From assembly GCA_905178155.1 (NCBI GenBank), contig CAJINV010000004.1:3629320-3693319 (forward strand): 64,000 bases of DNA, given 5' to 3'. The first letter of the stretch is position 1; each line of letters opens with the position of its first letter. A program made the translations under genes and the position numbers. This stretch comes from Amoebophrya sp. A120 (taxonomy: Eukaryota; Protista; Dinoflagellata). Shown here one piece after another: positions 24,164-35,400 of the stretch. Below the pieces are notes generated by a model. That model saw only the letters and a list, made by a program, of their open reading frames with translations, searched no databases and was not told the DNA's origin.

Positions 24164-27100
24164 ATGGCGTCCCCTTCCCCGGCCTCTCCCGCGAAAGACC
24201 AGCAGCCACCTCCGACCCCCGCACACCAACACCACCCGGGCGGCTCGGACAGTGAATCGGAGGGCGAATACGAGTACGGCTGGGACTTTTACTACGAGCA
24301 GCAGGTGGAGGAGAACGCCTCGCTCCTCAACGCCGATGCGGCGCAGGCCTCCAAAGCGTCGCTCACGAACACGGCGAGCACCAGTGCGCGGTCGGAGCAG
24401 CAGCGGTTCAGCTTCAGCTTGTCGAATTCTCTGCAGTTGCTCGGCGGCCAGTTTTCCCAATCCAAGCCGGGGACCACCGTGCGCGTCTCCGTCCGCCGCA
24501 AGATCTGGACGTTTTTGGAAACCGACCCGTATTATCAAATGCAAAAATGTCTGGGTCTGGAAGATTCTGAAACTTGTCATGCAGGTTTTGCATGACCCAG
24601 GACGTCTGTAATGCACGCCCTAGCATCACAGATTTTTAGAGGGCTTCCTGATGCCTACTCCGCATGACAAACGCCCTCCCCGCGTAGCACAAACTAGACT
24701 CCTCTTGCTGGTCATGCAATACAGATTTTTTTAGGGTCCAAAGTTAGCATCACAAGTTCCAACCTTCCAGACCCAGACATTTTTGCATTTGATACGTATT
24801 TGAACGCCTTTCTGCTCGCGGTCATTGCAGTGTCCACCATCGCGTTCTGTCTGGAGACCGTGCAGAAGTTCAAGAAATACCAGGCGGAGTTTTTGTTTCT
24901 GGAGTCTTTTGTCGTGGTGGTGTTTTCCGCCGAGATTATTACGCGGTACATTGCGGCCCCGATATGCATTTTGCAAATATCGATCTGGTTCTGGAAACTT
25001 GAAGATGTGATGTGGAGCTGTGAAGAAGAAGAGCTAGAAGGAACAGTCGCGAGGGTAGCCAAGCATGACAAGCCCCTTTCGGAGCGCTCTGTTACGCCTG
25101 GCGCGCATGACAAGAGAACGCATGTGCACAATTTTGTCGGTCCTGCAATACAGAATTTTTTCCAGGAGCGCCAGACGAGCATGACAAGTTCATCCCCTTT
25201 TCCAGACCCAGACACGATTATTTGCATTTGATACCGGATGAGTACGAGCAAGTTCTTTTCCATGCCGATGAACTGGGTGGATCTGATCTCCATCCTGCCC
25301 TTTTTCCTCGAGCAGGGCTGCAAGCTGTACGAGCACTTCTTCTACACCGATGTGCAAGAGCCGAACCATAACTTGACGGTCGTGCGGTGCTTGCGGCTGG
25401 CAAGGTTGTTCAAGTTCGGCCGATACTCCAGCGAAATGAGCTTGGTGACGGGTATCGATCTTTTTTAAGGGATGAAAAACTCGGTTGCTTTTGGTTCGTT
25501 TGAAATCTAATGTGGATCTTCCCGCTGGGTATTGAATTGCTATTGTTCGGCAGTAGAACTACAACTACTACGCAAAAAACAAAAACTTTGAAAAACCAAC
25601 CCCTCAGGCGCCTTCCTGCGGTCCTCTGTGTCCTTCATGATGTTGGGCTTTATGCTTTCCATTGCTTTGGTGGTTTTTTTATCAAATGCAAAAGTGTCTG
25701 GGTCTGGAAGGATGCGAGATCTGTGATGCAGTTTCTGCCTGACCCGGATCGTCTGGCATGCACGACGTAGCATCACAGATTTCGAGCAGGTCCTCCAATG
25801 CCTAATACGCATGACAAATCCCCTCTTTCGATAACAAAAAATGGGGCCTTTTGCTGGGCATGCATGACAGAAGAACTTATCATGATGTAGAATCTGCATC
25901 ACAAATTGGAATCCTTCCAGACGGAGACATATTTGCAATGCATATTTTTCCACGCTGCTCTACCTGGTGGAGCAGGGCGACTGGGACTCGGAGCTGGGGT
26001 ATGGATTGTAAAAATGTCTGGAAACTTGTGATGCTGGGCGGCGTATCATGAAGAGGCCACAGGTGCTGGCTCAGCATGACAAGAAGCTTTTGAGCTTCTA
26101 GGTGCTATGCGTATTCTGCATGACAAGCTGCGTTTCTGCATGACAGCAAAGTGGGGCTCTTGGGTAACGTGCGTGACAGATTTAAGACTCATGCCAGACA
26201 AGCATGACAAACATGCACTCTTCCAAACCCAGACATATTTGCATTTGATATGGGGTGTCACACCCGCGCAAAACTCGGCATCGAGGGGGACTTTCTGAAG
26301 ACGGAGTGCAGCCCCTTTGCCAGTATTCCGAAGGCGTTTTGGTGGGCGATTACGACGATGACCACGGTCGGGTACGGGGACACGTTTCCGGTGACGCCAG
26401 TAGGTGAGGAGTTGTTCGTGAGCTCTTGTGTTTTGTTCGTGCTTGATTTGAAGTGCGGTTTTGGATGACAAACTTATTCGAATTCACGATGATAGATCAT
26501 GTTCGTCATTTGTATCAAAATGAGGTAAATTGATCGGCGGCTGCGCGATGGTGTGTGGCATTCTGTCCGTTGCCCTCCCGACCACCGTCCTAGGCGTGCA
26601 GTTTGGGGACAGTTTATCCAAGAAAAAAACTGTGTAAGTGTAACTTTTTTGCAAGAACAGCATCACACAATTGTTTTGCATGACAGAAGACTTGTCATGC
26701 GTAGCTAGTACGCTAAAACACGTACTAAAGTAGCCTCTGATCGATGCATATGCGGCGTGACAGGTGTAATTGTATTGCAACATCTGCAAGAGCAAGACAA
26801 AGTTACACTTACACAGTTTTTTTCTTTTATACAGTTACGCCGAGATTCAGGAAGAACGAGAGCGGGGTATCGGGAGAAAAAACGACCCCACCACAGAATC
26901 ACAACTCGGGAAGTCTGCAAAAAGTCTTGCGAGTCACACAGGACAAGTAGCGTAGTAGAGGTTCCCGTTAGGAAGGACAGCCGGATGACAAGGCCACCAA
27001 CTGCCTATCCTTGTATTATCAAAAGCCCAAATCATGGCATGAATTTATCATTATGTCTCGCATGGAGATCATGCGCATTGCAAAAGTTCCTGTAGAAGAT

Positions 27101-27491
27101 GATCATGCAAATGATCAGCATGAGATTTTTTTTGTCGGGTGCAACGTTTTTCCACAGGATACGGGAAAAGATCTCCTTACTGCTCCCCTCCGACGACCAC
27201 CGACAGGAGGAGCTAGGCCGCCAAATCGCGCAGTTTCAGGAATTACGAAAATCGATCTCGGAGATACGGACGAAAGTGGAGCCCCTGGCGGCCAAACTGG
27301 TAGAGAAGGAGGAGCAGGCGAGCTTCATCACCACCCTGCAGTTTTTCGACTCTGCGGTGGAAAATAGCACGGCAAATCTGGAGCAGCATCTGATGAATCT
27401 GCGGAACCGGCAGCTGCTCAACAGCAGGAGCGGAAGCTTGTCCAGACTGGGAACGGGGGCGACTGTACCGGGTGGGACGCGGGGGGTGTAA
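24164..27491 (+). CDS. Voltage-gated potassium channel (Kv, 6TM)
   Basis: S3 [13 protein letters not shown]4 [17 protein letters not shown], pore [16 protein letters not shown]6 GILSVALP. Canonical introns 25452-25607 and 26404-26524 plus six introners. Confidence 0.95.
24533..24794. mobile_element. Introner, family A, near-perfect TIRs
   Basis: TATCAAATGCAAAAATGTCTGGGTCTGGAAG perfectly inverted at the right end; DR CGTAT. Confidence 0.95.
24963..25233. mobile_element. Introner, family A, diverged
   Basis: DR CCCGA/CCGGA; removal gives YIAAPMSTSKFF. Confidence 0.87.
25680..25944. mobile_element. Introner, family A
   Basis: DR TTTTT; removal gives [12 protein letters not shown]. Confidence 0.9.
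26000..26250. mobile_element. Introner, family A with shortened left TIR
   Basis: DR TGGGG; removal gives DSELGCHTRA. Confidence 0.88.
26615..26831. mobile_element. Introner, family-D-like (AGAAAAAAACTGTGTAAGTGTAACTTT inverted)
   Basis: DR CAGTT; removal gives QFGDSYAEIQ. Confidence 0.92.
26868..27161. mobile_element. Introner, family B, diverged
   Basis: DR CGGGG/CGGGA; removal gives EEREREKISLL. Confidence 0.82.
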
Positions 27492-28696
27492 GTAGTGAAT
27501 AAGTACCGCGTCCTCTGAAGATCACCATACCCATAACGGTCCTGTAAGTTGCTTTTCTTCTTCTTTTCAGCAGTCTGTCTCACGACGCACTGACACACCC
27601 GAAAAAGTCTTGGTTTCTTGCTTTCTGGAATTTTGTTTCACGGGGTCTTAGACTCATTTGCGAGTCAACGAGCTCCAGTGTTGTTGTTTTGCGGTGTTGT
27701 GTAGTTCCAGGCGTCGTGTTGTAGAATACGAATTTTTCCTACCAGTAACTACAGTAGTCGCTGTGTATATGTACTATCATTTCCACCAAATTTATTCCTT
27801 TCTCGGAACAAACATTTTTCTGTATGGTTCTATAAAAATTTGGATCCTGTGCAGTTCTTGCCACAGTCGTTTCAGAAAGCACGGACGAGTTCTTCATTTC
27901 TGGATACTCCCGGCGTAGAAAGAGCAACAAGATGTTGGAAGAACAACAGCAATTTTTTTTTCCTTACAAAGAAATTCTTATTCTATCCGGTTGGGCAGAT
28001 AAATGGTAGAAAAGAGACATCAGAAGAACTTTCGCAACAAAGATTTCCAACCTGTAGTCCTCGCGTGTGTAGCCGCAAGTGACCTGAGTCGCGAGTTCTC
28101 GTCTTGCGGCGCAGTTTTGCTGTTGACGTCGCACCGCTCAACTTACTTTTCCCATTGAATTTGTCAAAGATCTTCAATACGCTGGTAGTTTCAGCCGGTA
28201 GCAAAAACTCGATAGATGGATTGTTGGCATCGATCTCTTTTTAGCATCGTCCTTAGCTGCGATCAGATCCCTCAAAAGACCAAGAAGGTATGCAAAGAAG
28301 AAGATCTCGTCGTCCCGCCCATTGGCTCAAGACTGACGACATAACGTTCTAAGGATTTGTTTCTGCCTGCTGAAGCAGCTTGTGCTTGCGTCACATGCTC
28401 TGGATCTCGATAATCTGAGTTTTCAAAAAGAAATTTTTACGGATCTTTGTAGGTTAGATAAAATTCCGATCTGACTTTGATTCAGTTCATACGCTCTTTT
28501 CCATCTGTTTAACCCCAGTGACGCGACATCAAAGTTACTATTTTACTCGTGTAGTTTCACTTGTATCACTTTGGTCTTCGATAGTTGAACTTTGAAACTA
28601 CACTGACTGTGTTGCATTTATTCCCTCTGCATAATATTTCTATCTTACGAAGTAAATATTGCGTTTATTATTTGGTAAAAATACAATAAAATTAAA

Positions 28697-31393
28697 ATGA
28701 CTGGCGTGGACGAGAATGGGTTGGCAATCCAGGATTTGGCAAAATTGGACGTGACAACGTTGACGCCACTCTCCAGGGAAGTAATCGCCAGACAAGCAAC
28801 AATCAACGTCGGAACGATCGGGCATGTGGCGCACGGTAAGATTGATACTGAAATCTGATTATTGTATGAATCAGCTTTGTTGACATGCCGATATCATGTG
28901 CATGAGTTATGACACGCGAAGGACAACGAAAAGCAAAAGTTCCAATTCTCTCACGATATCACAGGCAAGTCAACCGTCGTAAAAGCTCTGACCGGTCTGT
29001 CCACGATTCGACACAAGTCGGAAAAGGAGCGTAACATCACGATCAAGCTCGGGTACGCAAACGCAAAACTGTACAAAACCGACGATGTGGAGGACCCCGC
29101 TTACCAATACTGCTCGATGGGCTCCGCACAGCCGGACGAGTGGAAGGGAACGCTAAACATAGGTGAGGCGGTATTACAATGAAAAATGCCCCCACCCCCG
29201 AACTTGGGATCATTTGTATTGCAAACCTTTCCAAATGAAACATTTGCCCTCTTGCATCTATCAGCATCACAGATTTCCGATCGTGAATAGCAAAAATTTG
29301 CATTGCAAAAAATCCCAGCAAGAGCGGCGCTTGTCATGCAAGCGATGCGACACACGCCTAGAATCTGCATCAGAAAGGTTCGTACTCCCTTCATGCATGG
29401 CAAAAAAGTTTTCATTTGGAAACTTTGCATCACAAATTTTTGCAACTTTGGGAGTGGGGGCATTTTTCCTTTCAATAGGCGGAAGACCGGGAAGTCACCT
29501 GGAAGCTGCAGCGACACATCTCCTTCGTGGATTGCCCAGGGCACGATATTTTGATGGCAACCATGTTGAACGGAGCGGCAGTCATGGACGCGGCGCTCTT
29601 GCTCGTCAGTAGCAACGAGGTATACTAATGACACAAAATTTATTTCACCGCGGTTTTGTATCGTTTTTAGAAGATGAGGCGAAATAAATCAACCCCCTTT
29701 TTGCTATTGCAGCTTGCATGGCAGATCGTTGCTGCAGCTTCGTGTGCAACTTGATGAGAAACTTAAACAAAACTTCATCTTTAGCCCTGCCCACAACCAC
29801 AAACACTGGAGCACTTGGCAGCCGTGGAAATCATGAAGCTCAAGCACATTATCATCCTTCAGGTAAGCTGGATAAAAAATGTTTAATCATATGCAGTGCG
29901 ACGTGGCCTGGTCTTTCCGCCCGAATTTTTCACCTGTAATTTCCTTTTGGTCGGGCAACTTGATGAAAAATGAATGTATGGAGTTGAAAAGATAAAAGAG
30001 AAATAAAACACGCATAATTACAGAACAAAGTGGAGCTGATCAAGGCAGAGGCAGCTCGGGCACAACACAAGGACATCAAAGAATTCGTGGAGGGCACCGT
30101 CGCAGAGGACGCACCCATCATCCCAATATCAGCGGTAATTATGTTTTTCCGACATTTAGATTTATTTAAGACCACATAAGCATGACGTTGACAAGAATGG
30201 ATGTCGAGGTACTCATTGTGTTAGCGCCGAGCTCAGATCGAAACAAAAAAAACCAACATCAGGTCCTGAAATACAACATGGACCTGGTCGCGCAGTACCT
30301 GTGCACGCAGATCCCCATCCCCCCGAGAGATTTCCAGTCCGTTCCCTCCATGATTGTCATCCGCTCCTTTGACGTGAATAAACCGGGTGAGGAGATCGAG
30401 AAGCTCAAGGGCGGCGTCGCGGGGGGCAGCATCCTGCGGGGCGTGCTGAAAATGCACCAGGAAATCGAGTTCCGACCGGGCGTCATAACAAAGACCAAGG
30501 ACGGCCCGGTGTGCAAACCGTTAAAATCACACGTCACCCGGTTGCAGTCGGAGAACAACGAATTGCAATACGCGGTGCCAGGAGGTCTGATCGCCGTGGG
30601 AACGAAGTTGGACCCAACACTCACAAGAGCAGACCACTTGCTGGGAAACGTATACTCTTTATACATTGCAAATGCAAATTTTTATGTGTCTGGGTCCCTG
30701 GATTTGTGATGCGGGATGTGAAGGACTAGAAAATCTGTGATGCATGGAGAGGAGTGCTAGCGCTCTTCTCTGTCGCGCAGGCGGGAGCCGCTTTGTCATG
30801 CAAATCACGAATGAATTTTATCCAAACTTTAACTTATAAATTTCAGATGCTCGGGGTACCAGGAAACATGCCGCAGATTTTCGTCGAGGTCGAAATCAAG
30901 TACTACCTTCTCAAGCGCCTCCTCGGTGTCAAGGTCAAGGAGGGAGAAAGCAACAAAGTCAAGGTACAGTTTCAGTTGTAGTGCTGGATTTTTTTCTTCT
31001 AGATTCTATAACAAATAAGCACTATTTTTCAAAATATTCGTCAACCTGAATGATCATTCAGTGGCATCATTCCCCTTCCTGTCGCTACATGGAGGTGGAA
31101 AGAAATTTTTCCACACAACTGTTCATTGTACAAAACCACAGAAACTGTCCACGGGTGAGATCCTGATGGTGAACGTGGGCAGCACAGCCGTTGGTGGCCG
31201 CATTCTGGGTATGAAGGACAGCAAGAAAGCGGAGGACAAAAAGGACGCGGTGGACAAGGCAAAGATCGAACTGACTAACCCGGTGTGCGCACAACCCGGT
31301 GACAAAGTTGCGCTCAGCCGAAGAATCGAGAAGCACTGGCGATTGGTGGGCTGGGGTACCATTCTGAAGGGAAGCACCTTGAAGGTGGAGTAG
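28697..31393 (+). CDS. EIF2S3: Eukaryotic translation initiation factor 2 subunit gamma
   Basis: [78 protein letters not shown]. About seven canonical introns and one intact introner. Confidence 0.97.
29172..29477. mobile_element. Introner, family C; GC-AG readable
   Basis: DR GGCGG; inverted close copy of 5076-5384; removal gives [11 protein letters not shown]. Confidence 0.93.
30650..30846 (+). other. Canonical GT-AG intron derived from a decayed family-A introner
   Basis: Begins GTATAC, keeps CAAATGCAAA..GTGTCTGGGTC and TTTGTGATGC/TTTGTCATGC, but ends TTTCAG with no right TIR; joins LLGN|MLGVPG. Confidence 0.75.
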
Positions 31394-32451
31394 GGAAGTT
31401 TTATTCCTTCTGCTGGTGGAGAGATATCTTCGTAAAAATCTCACGACTTTACTACGTTCATTTTTGCCGAAGAGCAAAAAGATGAAAGAAGGTTGAACAA
31501 TCGCAATCATCGCCTCAGTGTCACAAAAATAGTAGATCCTCTTTTGCATACTCCATGCGTAAGATGATCTCCAAAAAATCTCACTCTGTGTCATAGATTA
31601 AACGCAAGATGAACTTTTTACCAAGGGATCATACGGGTAAGTAGTTAAAGCACACAATCGGAACAAGATGAAATCACGAAGAAGGCAGAGGAGTTTGTGA
31701 TTTCGAAAGAACCCAAAACGCACTGACGGCTCACCTCTACTGCTCCCGGTCTCTGCAAAACGAAAATGGCGCGAGCTCGCCTCTCGCGCTTGCATAAAAA
31801 ATTCTAAGATATGCACCGGAATGAACCGGAAAGACCCGCCGAGCTCTTTTACCTCAAAGGCAGCTCGAAGCTGTTTTGCAACAGTGTTTTTTCTTTTGGA
31901 ATGTCGTTTTTTTTGTGTCTGGCTCTGAATTTGATATAGCATTAGAGATTGGTAGTACGTGCTACTTACATGATCTACGTTCGTAGCGTCAGCATGTGTC
32001 TTCGTGTCTGATCCAGTCTGCCTTTGACGGCATAGACCTATCTCCCGTCGTGTAAAGATGCAAGAGCAAATCGTACTACAAGCAAGTCGTGTGAAAGGAT
32101 TTCGTGTGTTTTTTTTCGTATAACCGAACCTAATCAAGTCTTATTTGGACTTGTAGCCTCTGACGTGGTAGTCGCAAGTCTCGTTCTTGTCGTCCCTTCA
32201 ACATGCGCGAATCAAACGGATCCACAAATTCGTTGTCGTTCTATCGTTCTTCTTGCGTCCGGAATATGATTGACGCGATAGCGCTCCGGTCTGATCACAC
32301 TTCTTCACAAGGACGAGTGTCGCAGGATTTATTTTCCCTTCTTTCAGTACCTTCGCACGATTTTTTTTTTTCCACCGCGTAAAGTACAACATTGTGAAAT
32401 CTGATCTGTAGTTTCTCCCCCTATTTAAAAAACGACGTTCGCCGGAACAAG

Positions 32452-35400
32452 ATGGCATTGGGAACAAGCATCGGCGTGGTAAACATGGTCCCTCAAGAAT
32501 ACCGACTTCTCCGGAAGTGCAGCAAGCCAGGGAAGAACTACTTTTTGTTGGGATGCTCGATCCTACTTGTCTCCCCCGAGGTGCAAGTCGACGGCAAGCT
32601 GCTCTTGAAGAAAGGTCGTCGTAGCACCGCCGCAGAAGCTACTAGTGCTCGTACGCGGCAACAAACAAGTCTGCTACAAAAACAAAACCAGAAAGAAGCG
32701 AAAGAGCAGCCGGCGTACAACAGTCCAACCGGAGGATGCTGTGCCGGGCTTTTTGGAGGTGCAAATAACCGAGTTCCTGCGGTCGCGGTCGATGGCGTGA
32801 TTTCTGCGGGCGGGAGTGGTGTGGGAGTAGGTAAAGGGCTGCTGAATGCTCCGGGCGCGGTCCCGCCTCGGGGAACAAACCAAAATGGAAGTAGGACAAC
32901 CACTACCGACATCTACAACCTCCGGCAGCTGGAGAACTCCTTTACCAACCCCCTGTCGGATAAATTTTTCCCCGCCGGTGTATCCAAGGTTGAAACCTCG
33001 GACAGCAACCCGAAGCGGTTCGAAGTCATCGAATCGAAACTCATCGTGTCCTCGAGGAGCTACTCCGCGTCCAGTGGGACAACGCGGGGACGGGGGCGTC
33101 GTTCCACGACTTCAAGACGCACGCGGTGGTAAACCGGAATTTTCAGGATTACTCCGCCGCCGAAGGGAACGGAAATTGGAAGATGAAGACGATTCAGAAA
33201 GGCGGGACCAGTGCATCAAGTGCTGACAATAACACGAACCTGTGGAAACTCGAAACGCGGTTTTTGAAGTTCCACTACGACCCTTCAAAAGTTCGCTCCC
33301 CGCTGGAAACCGACTGGACGAAGGGGCTGGTTTTGCTGCAGAGAGAACCCGACGTGGAAGGGGAGGAGCGGATTGTGTATGGAAACTGGTCCCCTCAAAA
33401 CCCCTACGCCGGGTCCCTGCTCGGCACCATCAAGACCGGGGAAAACTTCCCGCCCGGCACGGGCGCGAAGTACAACGAGCGCATGCTGTTGAACTGCGCG
33501 GAGGAAAAGAAAAAGCTGCTGCAGCAGGGCAACGAGTGGGTGTTCGCCTGCGGCCAGGGCCAGGGGCCGGGGTGCGAGGACCTGAAGGCGATGCACTGCG
33601 TGATGGGGGTTCTCAGCCGCGGCGAAAACGGCGGGTCCGGCATCGCCGTTGTCGATGACAGCGACATGCCGGTTTACAAGGATAAACAAAACTGGAACCA
33701 GCACGAAAAAGCCCCGGGCCTGGCAACCTCCAACGCGGTCTACTTCAACGGGGACTACAACCCGGACCAGTTCACCCTCGAGGGGAACAAGGACTACTAC
33801 TTTTTCGCCTTCGGGTCTGAGCGAAATGCGTACAAGAAATCCCTTCTCGCCTTCCGGGAACTGTCCGGACCGCAGCCGCTGGTGCCCCGTTACAATTTTG
33901 GCTACTGGCTGAGCTACTGGCAGTGGGCGACCATGCGGACGGTAGGGAATGAAGGCGGGCTGCCGTTCAAAGCGCCCTGGTCCATCCCCTTCACGCTAGA
34001 AATGTTCGACCAGGTGCTGAAGAACATGTTTCAGGCCCTGGGGATGCCCATCGACGTGTACGTGCTGGACATGCAGTGGATCAACATCAATGGCGGGGCT
34101 GACCTAGCAGGACCGCGGGACCGCCTGGGAAGCGACCTCGGGTTGAAAACGAACCCGTACTGGGGGGCGTACAAACCCGACCCCGAGATGGGGGACTTGG
34201 AGACATGGCACAACCGCTGGACGGACAACGACACGGGCGGGTTGCAGATCTCCTACAACGTGCACCCGCACGTCGGGGCGCTGCGAGATCTTTGGATGGA
34301 CGAGACCAAATACGAAAAGATCGTGACCGAAATCGGGTGCGACCGGTCGATCGGCGGGTGTTTCTGGGGGCACCACGCGGAAAACACGAAATTTGTAAAC
34401 ATGCTGGACGACGTGGCCATGCCGATCCAGATATCGTATGTAAAAACGTACCCACACCAGAGGCAGGATGGGGATTTTGCAACACAAACCTAGGAGCTTT
34501 GTGAGTCACGCATGACAAGTTGCACTCTGCAGTGTAGTGCAGGTTAGCAAGTGCAGCCGCGTCACAGATTCATCTGCTCATCCTGTTCACAGCATCACAA
34601 ATTCCAAAACACGACTGAGAATGGTTCTCATGGGGATGCGCATTACAAATCTTCCTGTCTTTGCAAATCTGCATTACAACTCTGGTGTGGGTACGTTTTT
34701 ACTCAGGACGCCAGAAGTCCTGGATTCCCTGGTGGGACTGGCAGAGCGGGGACTACATCCGCATTTCCGTATGAGTTGCAAAAGTATCCGATACTTGTAT
34801 AAATGCATTACAAATTATTTCCTCAGCATGAGAAATAAAATTTGCAATGCGGATTTACCTCAAAAAAAAGATTTGCAATGCATGATTGCAATACGAGTAT
34901 CAGATACTTTTGCACAGGATATTCCGCCAATGCGAACAACAACGAGTGTCGCCAAGTCGGCGACAAGTGGCCCTGCGGAGAGTACGAAACCAAGAATTGG
35001 TTTCCACTTCACTCTATCGCCCGCGTGACCTACGACGGCCCCGCGCGGCGCCAGGAGGACCGGCGCGGGCTGCAGATGACGCGGTTCAGCGGGTACGGGG
35101 CGCAGCGGTACCCGTTAGGGTTCGTGGGGGACCAGGACAAAAACTGGGAGGCGCTGGCCTTCTCCCCCTACTGGACGGTGACGGCGAGCAACGCGGCCTA
35201 CGGCTACTGGACGCACGACCTGATCTGCTGCGACTGGAGCGATCCGGACCGGTACCAGAGCTGGGAGAAGTACCTGCGCTGGTTTCAGTATGGAAGCGTC
35301 AGGATTGAAATCCTCAAAGTTGAAATAATTTCTCATGCACAAATTGCAAGGCATGAAGTGCCTCTCTTGCAGGGGTTGCAAATGAGGCCGATTGTAAGCC

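Noticed and set aside
24533-26250. CRISPR-like array of ~30-bp repeats
   Set aside because: Repeats are inverted pairs ~250 bp apart separated by K+ channel exons, with no regular spacers or cas genes.
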